Assembly: GCF_004010195.1 (NCBI RefSeq)
Contig: NC_057711.1
Location: 80,663,523 to 80,727,522, forward strand
From: Chiloscyllium plagiosum
Lineage: Eukaryota
DNA length: 64,000 nucleotides
Direction of reading: 5' to 3'
Shown: piece after piece, positions 24,150-37,438 of the stretch
Layout of the letters: the number at the start of each line of letters is the position of its first letter
How positions within the stretch are numbered: position 1 is the first letter of the stretch
Made by a program: the position numbers and the translations under genes
Notes under the pieces: generated by a model
Seen by the model: the letters and a program-made list of their open reading frames with translations, nothing else
Database searches by the model: none
Told to the model about the DNA's origin: nothing

Positions 24150-27100
24150 ACTGGACTGAGGAAAGTGTGGGTCTTTTTAGACAAGTCAACATTAGCAAAT
24201 TTTTAAGGAGTGATTATGGCAGTCAATGGAGTGGTATGATCCTCCTGTTGTGTGTGGAAGATTAGGAAACAGTTGACTGTCCCTGGAGACTAGAGTCAAA
24301 AGGTGTGGTGCTGGAAAAACACAGGCAGTCAGGCAGCATCTGAGGAGCAGGAGAGTTGACATTTCGAGCATAAACTCTTCATCACACATTCCTGATGAAC
24401 TGCTTATGCTTGAAAGGTCAATTCTCCTGCTCCTTGGATGCTAACTGATCAACTGTTTTTCCAGCACAGCATCTTTTGACTCTAGTCTCCAGCCTCTGCA
24501 GGCCTCACTTTTTCCCCATCTCATATCGAACCGTTTGGATTGACTGCAGAGACAGAGTTACTGAGGAGAATACAGGAGGCAGAGAGTGTTATGGTTAGTA
24601 GATTTGGAGAAGTGGTCTCACCAGATGGTTCCTCAGATAAATGGGTGACTGTCAGGAGAGATAGGTAGGTTAGCGAGTTTTGAGAAGGGAGGCAGTGCAG
24701 GAGTCTTCTGTGGCTATTCCCCTCTCAAACAGCTATACTATTTTGGGTACTGCTATGGGGGTGGGGGGGGAGGGGGGGGTGGAGTGGTGGGGACAAATTT
24801 CTCAGAGAAAAATAGAAATGGCAGCCAGATCTTGGGCACCAAGAATGAATATTATGTTAAAGGAGTTTGTCAAGATTCAAACAGTAATTGTTATAGGGGA
24901 GTCTCCTGTCAGATAGGAGAATCTGCAGCTGTGAGGTTGACTTCAGGAAGGTATGCTGCCTCACTGGTGACAGGGTCAAGGATGTCTCAAAGCGATTGCA
25001 GCTTATTGCCAAAGAGGAGAGTGAGAAGTCGGACGTTGTACACATTGGTAAGAACGAGATAGTTAGGATTGAGGCTATGCAGAATGAAAATAGGAAGTTA
25101 GGTAGGAAGTTAAAAAGCAGAACCTCAAAGGTAGTAATCTCTGGATTACTCCTAATACCACAGGCTAGTGAGAGTAAGAATGAAAAATAGGATAGAGAAA
25201 TCAATGGCTGAGGAGATGGTGCAGTAGGCAAGAATTCAGATTTCTGGGTCATTGGGATCTCTTCTGGGGCAAAAGAGACCTGTTTGAAATGTATGAATTT
25301 CACCGAAATTTGAAAGGAACTAATATCCTGGTGAGGAGATTTTCTAGTTCTATTTGGAAGTCTTTAAACTAGTAAGGAGGGAGTAGGGGAGATCATAAGT
25401 AGTAGATAGAATAGAAATTCAGATGAGGATGGTTCTGAAGTTAAAGAGAACAAGTTAATTAGACAAAATAGGCAAGGGAAAGTCAGAGAATGCTGTAACT
25501 GAAGAATTAAACTGCATTTATTCCAATGTAAGGGGTCCTACAGCTAAGGCGGATGATCTCAGAGTATATAAGGGAACATGGGACTGGGACATCACAGCTA
25601 TTACAGAAACTTGACTGAGGGAGGGACTAGCAGCTCAATGTCCTAGGTGACGATATAGGAAGGATAGAAAAGGAGGCAAGAAAGGAAAGGGAGTGACATT
25701 TTTGATTAGGGATAACATTATTGCTGTACTTAGGACATTTCTGAGGGATTATCCTGTGAAGCTGTATGGGTGGAACTCAGAAATAAGAAAGGGGAAGATC
25801 CCCTTGATTGGATTGTACTTTAGGCCGCCCAATAGTCAAACAGCCAAGGAGGAAATATGTAGAGAGATCTCAGATATATGTAACCATAATGAGATTGTAA
25901 TAGTAGGGGATTTCCAAATGTAGACCAGGACTGCCATCATATTTAAGGGCTTAGACGGTGAGCAATTTGTTAAATGCATTCAAGAATTTTTTTTAATCAA
26001 TATATAGATGTGCCTACTAGAAATGGAGAAAATCTTGACCTTCTCTTGGGAAATAAGGTACAGCAAGTGACTGAAGTGTAAGTGGGGAGCGCATTAGGAC
26101 CAGTGATCATAATTCTATTAATTTTTAAATAGTTATGGAAAAGGATAGACCTTTTATAAAAGTTAATGGTCTTAATTGGAGTAAGGCAAATTTTGATTGC
26201 ATGAGACAGGAACTTTCAAAAATTGATTGGAGTAATCTGCTCATAGGTAAAGGGACTGGCAAGTGGAAGGCTTTCAAAAGTGAGATTAGAAGAGTACAGA
26301 GACATTATGTTCCTGTTAGAGTGCAGGGTAAAACTGGTAAGAGTAGGGAACAATGAATGAATAAAGTATTGAGGATCTGGTCAAGAATAAGAAAGAGACA
26401 TTTGTTAGGCATAGACAATTGGAATCAAATGAATGTCTTGAAGAGTATTTGGAGAGCAAAAAGGGGATATGATGTAACCTTGGCAGATAAGATTAAGGGT
26501 AATCCAAAGAGAATCGACTGGTATTTTAAGAGGAAAAGAGCAACTAGGAAGAGAATAGGGCCCTTTAAAGGTCAATGAGGTCATCTATGTGTGGAACCAC
26601 AGGAGATGGGAGAGATAATAAATTAATATTTTGTGTCAGTTTTTACTGTGGAGTAAGAAGTGGAGGTTAGGGAACTTGGGGAAATAAATACTAATGGCTT
26701 GAAAATAGTCTATATTACAGAAGTGGAGGTGCTAGAGGTCGGACAAAACGTAAAGGAGGATTAATCTCTGGGATCTGATCAAGTGTATCCCAGGACATTG
26801 TGGGAAGTTAGGGAAGAAATATCATCTACAGTCATGGGTGAGGTGTTGGAGGACTGAAGGGTGGTTAATGTTGTGCCTTTATTTAAGAAAGGCTGTAAGG
26901 AGAACCCTTGGAACTATAGATCTGTGAGTCTGCCATCAGTGATGGATATGTTGTTGGAGGGGATTTTGAGAGATAGGATTTACATGCATTTGGAAAGACA
27001 CGGACTAATTAGGGATAGTCAGCATGGTTTGTGCAAGGTAAATGGTATAACCAAAAATAATGCTGAGGGCAGAGCAGTAGACATTGTCAACATGAACTTA

Positions 27101-28245
27101 AGTAAAGCCTTTGACAAAGTTCTGCATGGTAAACTGATTAGAAAAGTTAGATCACACGTGATTCAGGGACAGCTTACCAATTGGATATAAAATTGGCTTG
27201 ACAGTAGGAGATAGAGGATAGTGGTGGTGGGTTGTTTCTCGGGCTGAAGGCTTGTATTCTACAGGTATCAATGCTAGGCCCACTATTATTTGTCATTTAT
27301 ATAAACTATTTGGATGAGAATTTAGGAGGCACGGTTAGTAACTTTGTGGATGACACCAAAATTGCTGGTAGAATTGACAGTGAAGAATGTTATCTAAGAT
27401 TACAAAGGGATCTTGACCAATTGGGCCAATGGACTTAAGAGTGGCAGATTGAGTTTAATTTGGATAAGTATTTGCATTTTGTCAAAATGAACAAGGGAAG
27501 GACTTATACAGTTAATGAAAGGAACCTGGGTAGTGTTGTCAAACAGACCCACCTAGGGGTTCAGGTAGATAATTCTTTGTAAGTTGCATTGCAGGTAGAG
27601 ACAGGGTGTTAAGAGGGCATTTTCCATACTTGCCTTCATTGCTCTGACCATTGAGTATAGGAGTTGGGATGTCATGTTGAGGTACAGGATATTGGTGAGG
27701 CCACTTTTGAAGTACTGTGTGCAGTTTTAGTCACCCTGCTATAGGAAGGGTATTACTAAATTAGACAGGGTTCAGAAAAGATTTAACAGGATATTGCAGG
27801 GAATGGAGAACTTGAGTTACAAGGATATGCTGGGACTTTTTTCTCCAGAGCATAGGAAGTTGAGGGGTGACCATACAGAGGTTTATAAAATCATAAAGGG
27901 TATAGCTAAGGTGAATGGCAGGTGTCTTTTCCTTAGGGTGGGGGAGTTCAAAAATAGGAGGCATATTTTTAAGGTGACAGGAGAAAGATTTAAAAGGGAC
28001 CCGAGGGGAAACCTTTTCACACAGAGAGCAGTATATATGTATGGGGAATGTCAGAGGAAGTGGTAGATGCAGGTACAGTTACAACATTTAAAAGATATTT
28101 GGAAAAGTACATGAATAGGAAAAGTTCTGAGCGATATGGTCCAAACACTGGCCTATGGTGACTAGTTTAGTTTAAGAGACTTGGTTGGCATGGATGAGTT
28201 GAACCAAAGGGTCTGTTTCCATGTTATACAGCTCTATGGCTCTAT
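24150..28245 (+). mobile_element. Near full-length, inactivated CR1 LINE (ORF1 zinc finger and SGNH esterase; ORF2 endonuclease and RT)
   Basis: ORF1 begins MAVNGVV*SSCCVWKIR at 24216; VVHIGKNEI...KVVISGLL; endonuclease GLYFRPPNS...IVIVGDF; RT NVVPLFKKG...NYRSVSL, KAFDKV, LGPLLFVIYIN, FVDDTK; 3' tail; many stops. Confidence 0.92.
24283..24517. mobile_element. Fold-back PLE family B element inserted in CR1 ORF1
   Basis: Inverted arms of about 100 bp, each with a decayed hammerhead core. Confidence 0.8.
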
Positions 28246-29109
28246 AACAAGAATGTAATTATGACCAATTAATGTGTGCTTTTTGGCATTGACTGAGAGA
28301 TTAATATCGATCAAGACATCATGGATAACATTTCTTCAAAACACTACCATGAAAATTGTTTTTACTTCTAGCAATGCAGCCCTTTCTAAAAAATAAACTG
28401 ATGTGTCAGCCTGGATTTTTGTGCTTAGTGCCTGAATCCCAACATTCTGACAGAGAGACGAGAACACAGTAAAGACACAGCAAACACATGAACACGCTCC
28501 AGTATCAGTCACAAGACTCTTTCAGCTTGCTGTCTGGTATATGAATCCAGTATTACTCTTTTAACTGGGGGAGTCACTGAACAAACTCATGCACAATAAC
28601 TAAGGTCGGTTCATGTCATGCAAGAGACGAAGAAAATTGGCAAACACATTAAAGGCATAACCACCAGAGACATTGATAAATTAGTTCATTTTTTAAAAAA
28701 TCCTGCAATTACTCTTTGATTCTAATTAAAAACAAACTTATGCAACATATGCAGGTGCCTTCAAAAAGATAAACAGACAAAACAAGCAACAGGTCTGTAA
28801 TTGTAAACATGCCCAATCATACCTCATTTTTGAGTTTCTTGGAAGAAGTGAGCGATCTCAAGCATCTGTCCTCCTGCCTAAAGTAGCTGATTGGGAACTG
28901 ATGACAGATTCATTTTGTTATCCTACTCTTGCTTGGTTCTCAGTTGACCCACGGTGAGGCGTCTGCCCAGATCAGTATAGAGAGGCACGAAGAACTATAT
29001 AATGGCTCATCTATTAAAGAAGTTCACCATATTTTCTCTCCACATGTTTTAGAAGTGTAAAGTATAGTTTAGTATTCCAAATTAAATTGAAACAAGGGCT
29101 TGGTTTTCC

Positions 29110-29340
29110 TGAAATAAAAGCAACATACGACGGATATTGAAGATCTGAAATAAAAACAGGAAAGGCTAGATACATACAACTGGCCTGGCAGCATCTGTGG
29201 AAAAAGAAATAGAGTTAAGGCTTGAGATCCAAAAAAAGAAAGTCACATTGGACTCAAGACATTAACATTGTTTCTCTCTTCACAGGTTCTGCTAGATCTG
29301 ATGAGTTTCTCCATCATTTGTTTTTTTTTTAATTTCTGGT
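29110..29340. mobile_element. Fold-back PLE family C element, degenerate
   Basis: Inverted arms similar to 11350-11540. Confidence 0.6.
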
Positions 29341-29767
29341 TCTCCTATGTGCTTTGTCATATGAGACCTCTATGAAAATTGTGCAATGGTGTCATCATCC
29401 ATGATGCCTCAGTGTAGTCTAGTCTCCAAGGGCCCAAAGATCCATCTTTCTTTCACTATTAAACAACGGTGTTACATTTGATTACCTCAAAACAAAAGCA
29501 TCATGTCCCACCCCAGCCTTGCAACTGGGACACATTACTGCCTGGAGAATTGCAAAGCATTCAAATTTTGAGGACCAAACTAGAATCAGGTGCTGCATTT
29601 TCTGTTGTTAAATTATATTTCTGCATTGAGCTTATACAGTAATGAGGTCCTAATTGGATAGCGCATGAATTCATAAATTGGCTTTTCTCTCAATTTACTT
29701 TGTGAAAAAATACATAAAATCGATACTTGAAAGAACAGAACACTGAAACATTGATATGCAGTCTGTT

Positions 29768-29975
29768 CACAGATGTGCAGGTTAGTTGGATTTGCCATGC
29801 CAACTTGTCCATCGTGTCCAGAGATATTCAGGCTAGGTGAATTGACCATGGGAATTGCAGAGTTACAGGGATAGGGTGTGGGGGATTAGTCTGGGTGGAT
29901 GCTGTTCAGTGGGTTGGCTCAATGGGCCGAATTACCTGCTTCCACACTATAGGGATTCTATGATACTATGATTTT
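29768..29975 (+). mobile_element. HE1-type SINE, 5'-truncated
   Basis: agatgtgcaggttag...ggccga...ttccacact...gggattctatg. Confidence 0.7.
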
Positions 29976-30429
29976 CTACTGACTCAATATAACTGCTTAT
30001 AAACATTTACTTCAGACAGATATGAATTAACAGGGGAAAATATGTAGACAAAGGCACATGAAGAAATATTAGAGCTATGATGAAAAGCTTGGTTAGGTTT
30101 TAAAGAGTGTTAAAATGAGAAATGAGAAGGCTTGCAGAGAGATTTAGAGAGGGAAATTCCAAATCTTTAGCTCTTGGAATCTAAAGACCAGGTTGCCAAT
30201 GGTGCAGGGATGGTTAGGAAGCCAGGATTGAAGAAGTGCAGATAGAACAGAGGAGATTACAAGGATATAGGTGACAAGATCATGTAGAGAGTTGAAAACA
30301 AGGATGAAACTTTTAATATCCAGTTGATACTCGACAAGTTAATGTTGGTCATTGGGGTTGGAGTAATTGACTGAACAGGATTTGGTATCAGCAAGAACAT
30401 AGGTGTCAGAGAGCTTTGAATGTTCTATT

Positions 30430-30540
30430 TTGCCCAAACGTCAATTTTCCTGCTCCACGGATGCTGCCTGACCTGCTGTGCTTTTCCAGCATCCCACTCC
30501 TGGCTCTAATCTCCAGCATTTGCAGTACTGAATTTCACCT
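30430..30540 (+). mobile_element. PLE family B end, single arm
   Basis: Begins in stem II (ttttgcccaaacgtc) and continues into the family B tail. Confidence 0.75.
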
Positions 30541-30980
30541 CATTGGACTAGTTATGTCTGAAGTTAAAAAAAAGCACGAATGAGGATTTCAACAGCAGAT
30601 ATGCTGTGCCAAAGGTGGATAAATATAAAAATGCATCCATATAATGTAACTACTTAATATATAAAACAGTTAGAACAATTTTAACCTTACATAATTAAGC
30701 CGTTATTTCTCATGTCAATCACCATTATCTCTTTGGACACAATAATCCTTGCTTTTATATGTTTGCTCACAAGGCACAGAGCAGCTGAACCTTAGAACAC
30801 CTGAATTTATTGAGCGGAGTAAGTTTTCTTCTCAACTAAGGCATGGGTCCATCATGTAGCATGACTTTGCAACAATAATTAGAATTAGGAATACAAACAC
30901 AGTTACAAACCTGAGCCATATGCTGCTCAGGATCAGGTGTCCACGTTGTGTTTTTCAGAAAATAACCATACTGTTCCCAT

Positions 30981-31070
30981 AAAGTTAAAAATCATACAAT
31001 ACCAGGTTATAGTCCAACAGGTTTAATTGGAAGCACTAGCTTTCGGAGCGCTGCTCCTTCATCAGGTGGT
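30981..31070 (-). mobile_element. PLE family A end with intact hammerhead (31034-31068)
   Basis: Reverse complement of 23455-23545. Confidence 0.8.
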
Positions 31071-31524
31071 TTCCTAGTGCAGAGTCCAGAATATTGGTTG
31101 AAAGATATGATCATTTACTTTTGTGACTATGCCAGGCACTTACATGAATAGTCCACAATACAGTTCTACCAGGTTCAAGTCCCACATGCTAGTGAGGAGC
31201 ATGTTGCAAACTTGACTGAGCTGGTTGTGTTTTATCATATCTAAGTCATGATATATAAGACATTCATTCTGGGATAATCCAATGTAACTGATGTGTATGA
31301 AGGAGAAAGTTGTATGAAAGACTAACTTAAACAAGACTAAAGTCATGATGTGTATCTTCAACTAGAGAATCACCATACTCAACCAAAGCAAAGACATATA
31401 ATTATTAGGTTTTAGAGTGCTGAAATGCAGCTTCTGATACTCAGATTGCTCAAATGAGGATCTTGCAATGTTCCACGCTGGAAAAATCGTTTGGGTGTAG
31501 CTTCTGTTGTACAATACACTGCTG

Positions 31525-31765
31525 TAGATCTTGAATTACATGTAAACTAAACCAGATAAAGACAGTAGAATTTCTTTCCTAATGGACAGTAATGAACCAG
31601 ATGGATTTTTAGGACAATTAAATATGGTTTGCTTTTAATTCCAGGAATTACTGAATTCAAATTTCACCAACCGCCTTAATGAGATTCAAACCCATGTCCA
31701 CAGTGCATTAGCCTGGAGCTCTTTATTATAAGTCCAGTAACATTGCCACTTCACTACCACCTCCT
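31525..31765 (-). mobile_element. tRNA-derived SINE
   Basis: Reverse strand ggaggtggtagtgaagtggcaatgttactgg...gggtttgaatctca matches the head at 57313. Confidence 0.65.
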
Positions 31766-32029
31766 GAGCAGTGGTGGTCACATTACAGAACAAAGTTTTT
31801 TTTTCCTTTGCATTTCATGCTAATGAGTTAACTGGAAGGAAAATATAGCAAAAAAAATGGCTTGGAAATTTTACAAACTAAACTGTTCTGCTGAGGCAAA
31901 TTATTCCCTGAATTGTCATGAACTCCTTTTAGGAAGAGAAAGTAAACTTGCTTCTGAATTCAACCTTAGTTTCTTCAGAACTGGAAACTGAAGCTAATGG
32001 GTTTTCATGATTTGCCTATTTTTATGGTT

Positions 32030-32285
32030 GGCATGGTGGCTCAATGGTTAGCACTGCTGCCTCACAGCACCATGCACCCGGATTCGAATTCCTGCTTCGG
32101 GCGACTGTGTGAAATTTGCACATTTGCAGGCCAAGTGAGTTGGCCATGCTAAATTGCCCATCATGATAGGAGCATTAGTCAGGGGTAAATGTAGGGGCAT
32201 GGGTCTGGGTGGGTTATTCTTTGGAAGGTTGGTGTGGACTCGTTGGGCTGAGGGACCTATTTCCACACTGTAGGGAATCTAATCA
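32030..32285 (+). mobile_element. HE1-type V-SINE, internally deleted
   Basis: tRNA-like A and B boxes and the HE1 tail. Confidence 0.85.
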
Positions 32286-33908
32286 TAAACTCGACAACAT
32301 AACCATCTTTCCATTAATATCGCAGGGATGTGGAGTTACCTGCTTTATTACAAAAGCTGTATTTAATCACTGTTCTGGCAAGACTTTCAGACCTTGTTTT
32401 CTTCTTAAAAAGCAAACTCTTCAAGGAAATAATGAACAGACATCAGCTTCTGTTTTGAAATCTAAACTCCAAATCTGATATATATAAACTATACATGCTT
32501 TTAAACACCTTTCTTCCATACAGGCCGTATAATGGGCAAGACTGCCAAGGGAAGAGGAGAATTTGCATTAAACAAGTTTAACACCTTGTCTTGAGGACAA
32601 TGAGAGGAGAGAGGAAGTTAGGAAAAGATGCGGTACCCAGAGGTTGAAGGAAGAGTGATGCAGATGTAAATTGCATTTTTCACTTTGCCTGCCTTCCTTG
32701 GAAGTTTCTGCTGCAGCAAGGATTGAGAAAAAAAAGTTGATGGAGACAAATTACAAGCCTGTTATTGCTGTCTCCACTCCAGGGGTGTTTGAATTCTTCC
32801 CAAAAATGTTTCAAAACATTAACATGGTTGAAATCATGAGCCAAGCAGGTCAGAGAGTAAAATCAATGTTCTGCACCCCTGTGGCACTGCTGCCACAGCA
32901 CTACGGTATATTGTGCAATCACTTTGCCATTACTGCTTAATTCTGAAAATCTTTTCGAACTTATCTTTAACATATATTTCGATTCATTTAACAGCATACA
33001 TTAGAAATTTAATTTTGAGATAAAGACTAGTTTTACTCTACTGCACCAATAGCTGTAGCAGAATGGTGTCAGACTCAAGAGAGTTTCTGAGAGGCTGCAG
33101 ATACAATTTCCTGCACACTGAGGCAATTTCCCACCAATCTTCTTTGGTACCTAATAGTCTGTGACAAGAGATAGTGCAAAGGAACAGATATGGCAAGCAG
33201 CAGGCAGTCGTCGAAAAGAAAAATTAGTTGTCTGCCACCTGAGTGGGTAAATGTGTAGATAGCATTTATAGTCTCACAGGCCACTGCCGCCTTATACCTA
33301 TGGCACATCAGTCACTAATTCAGCACATCCATTCCAAATTTCCTGAAAAACTTTCCTCTTCAATTGTTAACACTGAATCACTTTACCAGACACGTGAAAA
33401 CCAGCAGCTGTGACATACATATTACTAATCTACTCATCCATTGGGAGCACTGTACAATTACAGAAAAGTATCACACATTAGAGGGAAATGCAGCACATGT
33501 AAAACATATATCTTTGTCTACTTAAATGTTAATTCCATGTTTTCATTCCATGAGTCCATTGCCCAAACCCAGGCCCTTGGCTTGTTGGCTGCTGACGCTT
33601 CATCCTGAGGCATCTTGAGGCAATGAGGGTTTGCTATTGCCTTCTGTTCTTAGAGGCTGGTCACAAGTCTAACTCAGTCACAGGAGCTAAACCTGCACTA
33701 TATACATTATTCTGAAGTATATGCTGGCTATTTAGCTGACGTAACTAAACCAGCTTAATTTTATTTTGGTAAAGTATACAATGTGAATTGAAAGAGATGT
33801 TATAATGTTTCATCCAGACTTCCATGATGAAGATGTAACCTGTCAATAATCAAATATCAGCACTAATCTCTTTCATAATTTTCTAGTCTGGTCTCTAGTA
33901 GATAAGGG

Positions 33909-34128
33909 TCTAGATTAGAGTGGTGCTGGAAAAGCAGGTCAGGCAATATCCACGGAGCAGGAAAATCGATGTTTCAGGCAAAATAGAGCTATTCCTGATG
34001 AAGGGCTTTTGCCCGAAACGTCGATTTTCCTGCTCCTCGGATGCTGCCTGACCGGCTGTGCTTTTCCAGCACCACTCTAATCTAGACTCTGGTTTCCAGC
34101 ATCTGCAGTCCTTGTTTTTACCTTTTTA
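33909..34128. mobile_element. Fold-back PLE family B element with intact hammerhead (33995-34022)
   Basis: Inverted arms; perfect 15-bp target-site duplication tctagtagataaggg at 33894-33908 and 34129-34143. Confidence 0.88.
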
Positions 34129-34249
34129 TCTAGTAGATAAGGGACAGTGGCCAGTGGTGTACTGATAAATAGCTTGATATGGGATGTGGTCAACCACATC
34201 CTACAGCATGGTACCCAAGATCATCTCAGCCCAACCCCAGCCTGGCAAT

Positions 34250-35880
34250 GTGGTTGTAAAAGTCATCTGACAATTGAGAAACAAGTAGATTACTGGTGAA
34301 GATGGAATCCTCTCAGAAATACTGAAATACAGTGGCTGGTACTCTCAGCATGAATACATGAGTTTGTCTCCTTCATCCAGAATGAAGGGCACATGCAAGT
34401 AAATTGCCAAATGTCATAATTGTGACCATTCTCAAGAAAGAAGATAAGACAGATTGAGGTAATTACCGAGAGTTCTTCTTGGTATGTTCTACGGGGAGGG
34501 TAATTGCAAAACTCCTCCTCAACCATCTTCCCCCAATGGCCGAAGAGCTCCTTCCAAGTCACTATGCAGATTCTGTCCATCAAATGGACATAACCTTCAC
34601 GAGTCCAAGACAAGTTCAGAGACCAGCAACAATCTTTATACATGGCTCTCTTTAACCTCATAAAGGACTTTGACTCTATTGACTGTGAGGGATTATTGAG
34701 CATCCTCCTCAAATTTGCTTGCCTTCAGAAATTTGATACCATCTCCGCTTGTTGCATGCCAATATGCAATCTGGGATCCTCACCAATAGAATTGCTGCAG
34801 ACCATATATGTGTGTAAACTGGGATCAGACAAGGCTATGTCCTCACATCTTCTCTACGTTTCTCAGCATAACACACCACCCCAACTCCATCAAGTTTCCT
34901 GTTGAAGCATCTCGACAGGACGAGCAGTAATTTTTTTCAATCTGTGTTACCATCGATCCAGAATCAAAACCTGCCTGATCTCAGTCATTGAGCTGCAGTA
35001 TAAAAGTGCCGTTTGTGTGTGTGAACATTTAGAGGCCAGATTCCAAACTATTCCTGACACATTCATGAAAGCTTATGAAAGAATGGGTCTTAGGCTAAAT
35101 ATTTGCAAGACAGAAGTCTTTCACCAGTCTCCTGTTACCATGAAATATTGTCACTCAACTATCAAAATCCACAATGAGCCACTGAACAATGTGGATAAGT
35201 TCCCATATCTTAAGGGCCTCTTTTCAATATCGCCTTCCAGTTATTGTCAGTGTTCATGGCTATCTGAGGTGCAGAATGTTGATTGACAAAGCCATCAAAC
35301 TTAGCACCTAGCTCTGCAGTAGTAATGTTGCCTGCTTTCTGCATGTGTCAGAGAATTGGAGAATGTACATCGTGCACCTAAAATGCCTAGAGAACAGTCA
35401 CCAGTGAAGCCTCTGCAAATTGTTGCAAAAACACTGGCAGGAGAGGTACTGCAATACTTGTGTTCTCTCTCAGGCTCACACCCCCAGTTAAATGCATCGT
35501 TATGGTCAATAAGCTACGTTGGCTGTATCATATACTCTGTATACCTCAGATAAACTTTCAAAATCAAGCTGTCTATTGCAAGCTTCACCATGGCAAGCTT
35601 TTAGCAGGAGGTCAGTGTAAACACAGGATGTTTTCACACCCTCCCCAAAAATATGCAACACCCCACTGATGTGGGAATTTCTTGTACAAGACCACCCAAA
35701 AATGGAGAGCAAGTTTCTGTGATGGAGCCAAGCATCTGGAACATTCCCAACAAGCTAAGGGGAGGTCAACAACAAACAGCAAAAGGGGCAGATGGAAACC
35801 TGAAGATCTCACTCATATTCTTCTTCAACACTACCTGCTACACTGTTACAAGGTGTGTAGATCCTGACCCACAACCTCAG
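34250..35880 (+). mobile_element. RTE-clade LINE relic
   Basis: MALFNLIKDFDSIDCEGLLSILLKFAC and AYERMGLRLNICKTEV...LNNVDKFPYL are RTE-type RT motifs. Confidence 0.78.
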
Positions 35881-35979
35881 AGTGGAAAAAAGTTATTCTC
35901 AGTCTCAAGGGAGTGTCTAAGAGAAAAAGGACTGAAAAAGCCAAGTGCTGGTCATGTTGCAACTGTGTTGGACATTGCG

Positions 35980-36101
35980 AAAGTGACTCCTGCAGATGCT
36001 GGAGATTAGAGTCAAGAGCGTGGTGCTGGAAAAGCACAGCAGGTCAGGCAGCATCTGAGAAGCAGGAAAATCAATGTCTCAGGCAAAAGCCTTCCATCAG
36101 G
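35980..36101 (-). mobile_element. PLE family B end, single arm
   Basis: Ends at a mutated core CTGATGG-a-AGGC-tttt-GCCT-GAGA. Confidence 0.78.
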
Positions 36102-36990
36102 ACAGACATTGTGTTGGACATTGGTTAGGCTACCACTGGAATACCTTTGTGCAATTCTGGTCTCCCTCCTACAGGAGGCATGTTGTGAAACTTGAAATGG
36201 TTCAGAAAAGACTTACAAGGAGGTTTCCAGGGTTGGAGTGTTTGAGCTATAGGGAGAAGCCGAACAAATTGAGGCTGTTTTCCCTTGTGCATTGGAGGCT
36301 GAGGGGTGACCTTCTAGTGGTTTATAAAATCATGAAGGGCAAGGATAGGGTAAATAGACAAGGTATTTTCCCTGGGATGGGGCAATCTAAAACTAGAGGG
36401 CATAGGTTTAAGGTGTGAAGGGAAAGATTTAAAAGGGATCTTTGGGACAACATTTTCACAAAGAGAGTGGTGCGTGTATAGAAAGACACGGTGGCACAGT
36501 GGTTAGCACTGCTGCCTCACAGCGCTAGAGACCCGGGTTCAATTCCCGCCTCAGGCGACTGACTGTGTGGAGTTTGCACGTTCTCCCCGTGTCTGCGTGG
36601 GTTTCCCCCGGGTGCTCCGGTTTCCTCCCACAGTCCAAAGATGTGCAGGGTCAGGTGAATTGGCCATACTAAATTACCCGTAGTGTTAGGTAAGGTGTAA
36701 ATGTAGGAGTATGGGTGGGTTTCGCTTCGGCGGGTCGGTGTGGACTTGTTGGGCCGGAGGGCCTGTTTCCACACTGTAATGTAATCTAATCTAATCTAAC
36801 CTGCCAGAAGACGGCTGGAAGTTGGTACAATTACAACATTTAAAAGGCATCTGGATGGGTGTATGAATAGGAAGGGTTTAGAGGGATAAAGACCAAATTC
36901 TGGCAAATTGGACTAGATTAATTTAGAATATCTGGTTGATATGGATGAATTGGATTGAAGGGTCTGTTTCCATGCCGTACAGCTCTAAAA
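36102..36990 (+). mobile_element. CR1 3' fragment interrupted by an HE1 SINE
   Basis: VQFWSPSYRRHVVKLEMVQKR...RLRGDL; the 3' UTR resumes at 36800. Confidence 0.9.
36487..36799 (+). mobile_element. HE1 V-SINE, young full-length copy
   Basis: A box tggcacagtgg, B box ggttcaattcc, V-domain ctccccgtgtctgcgtgggtttcc, (AATCT)n tail. Confidence 0.93.
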
Positions 36991-37101
36991 TGCTAGTCTT
37001 GGTGGCGCAATTGGTCGGCATGTTCGGCTGTTAACTAAACGTTTGGTGGTTTGAGACCACCCAGGGTGGAGTGATTGCTGTTCTCACTGTTTTCCAAGGT
37101 C

Positions 37102-37438
37102 AGCATTGTGGCTCAGTGGTTAGCACTGCTACCTCCCAGCACCAGGAACCGAGGTTCAATTCTGTTTGTGTGGAATTTGCACATTCTCCCCGTGTCTGCG
37201 TGGGTTTCCTCCGGGTGCTCCGACTTCCTTCCACAATTCAAAAATGTGCAGGTTAGGTGAATTAAGAATGCTAAATTGCCCATTGTGTTCAGGGATGTGT
37301 AGACTAGGTGCATTAGTTAGGGGATATGTAGAGTAATTGGGTAAGGGAATGGATCTGGGTGAGATACTTCTCGGCATGCTGGTGTGGACTTGTTGGACCA
37401 AAGTGGCCTGTTTCCACACTGCAGGGATTCAATGACTC
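37102..37438 (+). mobile_element. HE1-type V-SINE
   Basis: Same architecture as 36487-36799. Confidence 0.88.

Noticed and set aside
33909..34128. DNA-transposon MITE or miRNA gene
   Set aside because: The arms are PLE 3' ends of unequal length with long variable duplications, so a retroelement origin explains the hairpin.
36487..36555. tRNA gene
   Set aside because: It is the tRNA-derived head of an HE1 SINE, continuous with the V-domain and tail; the other copies are the same.
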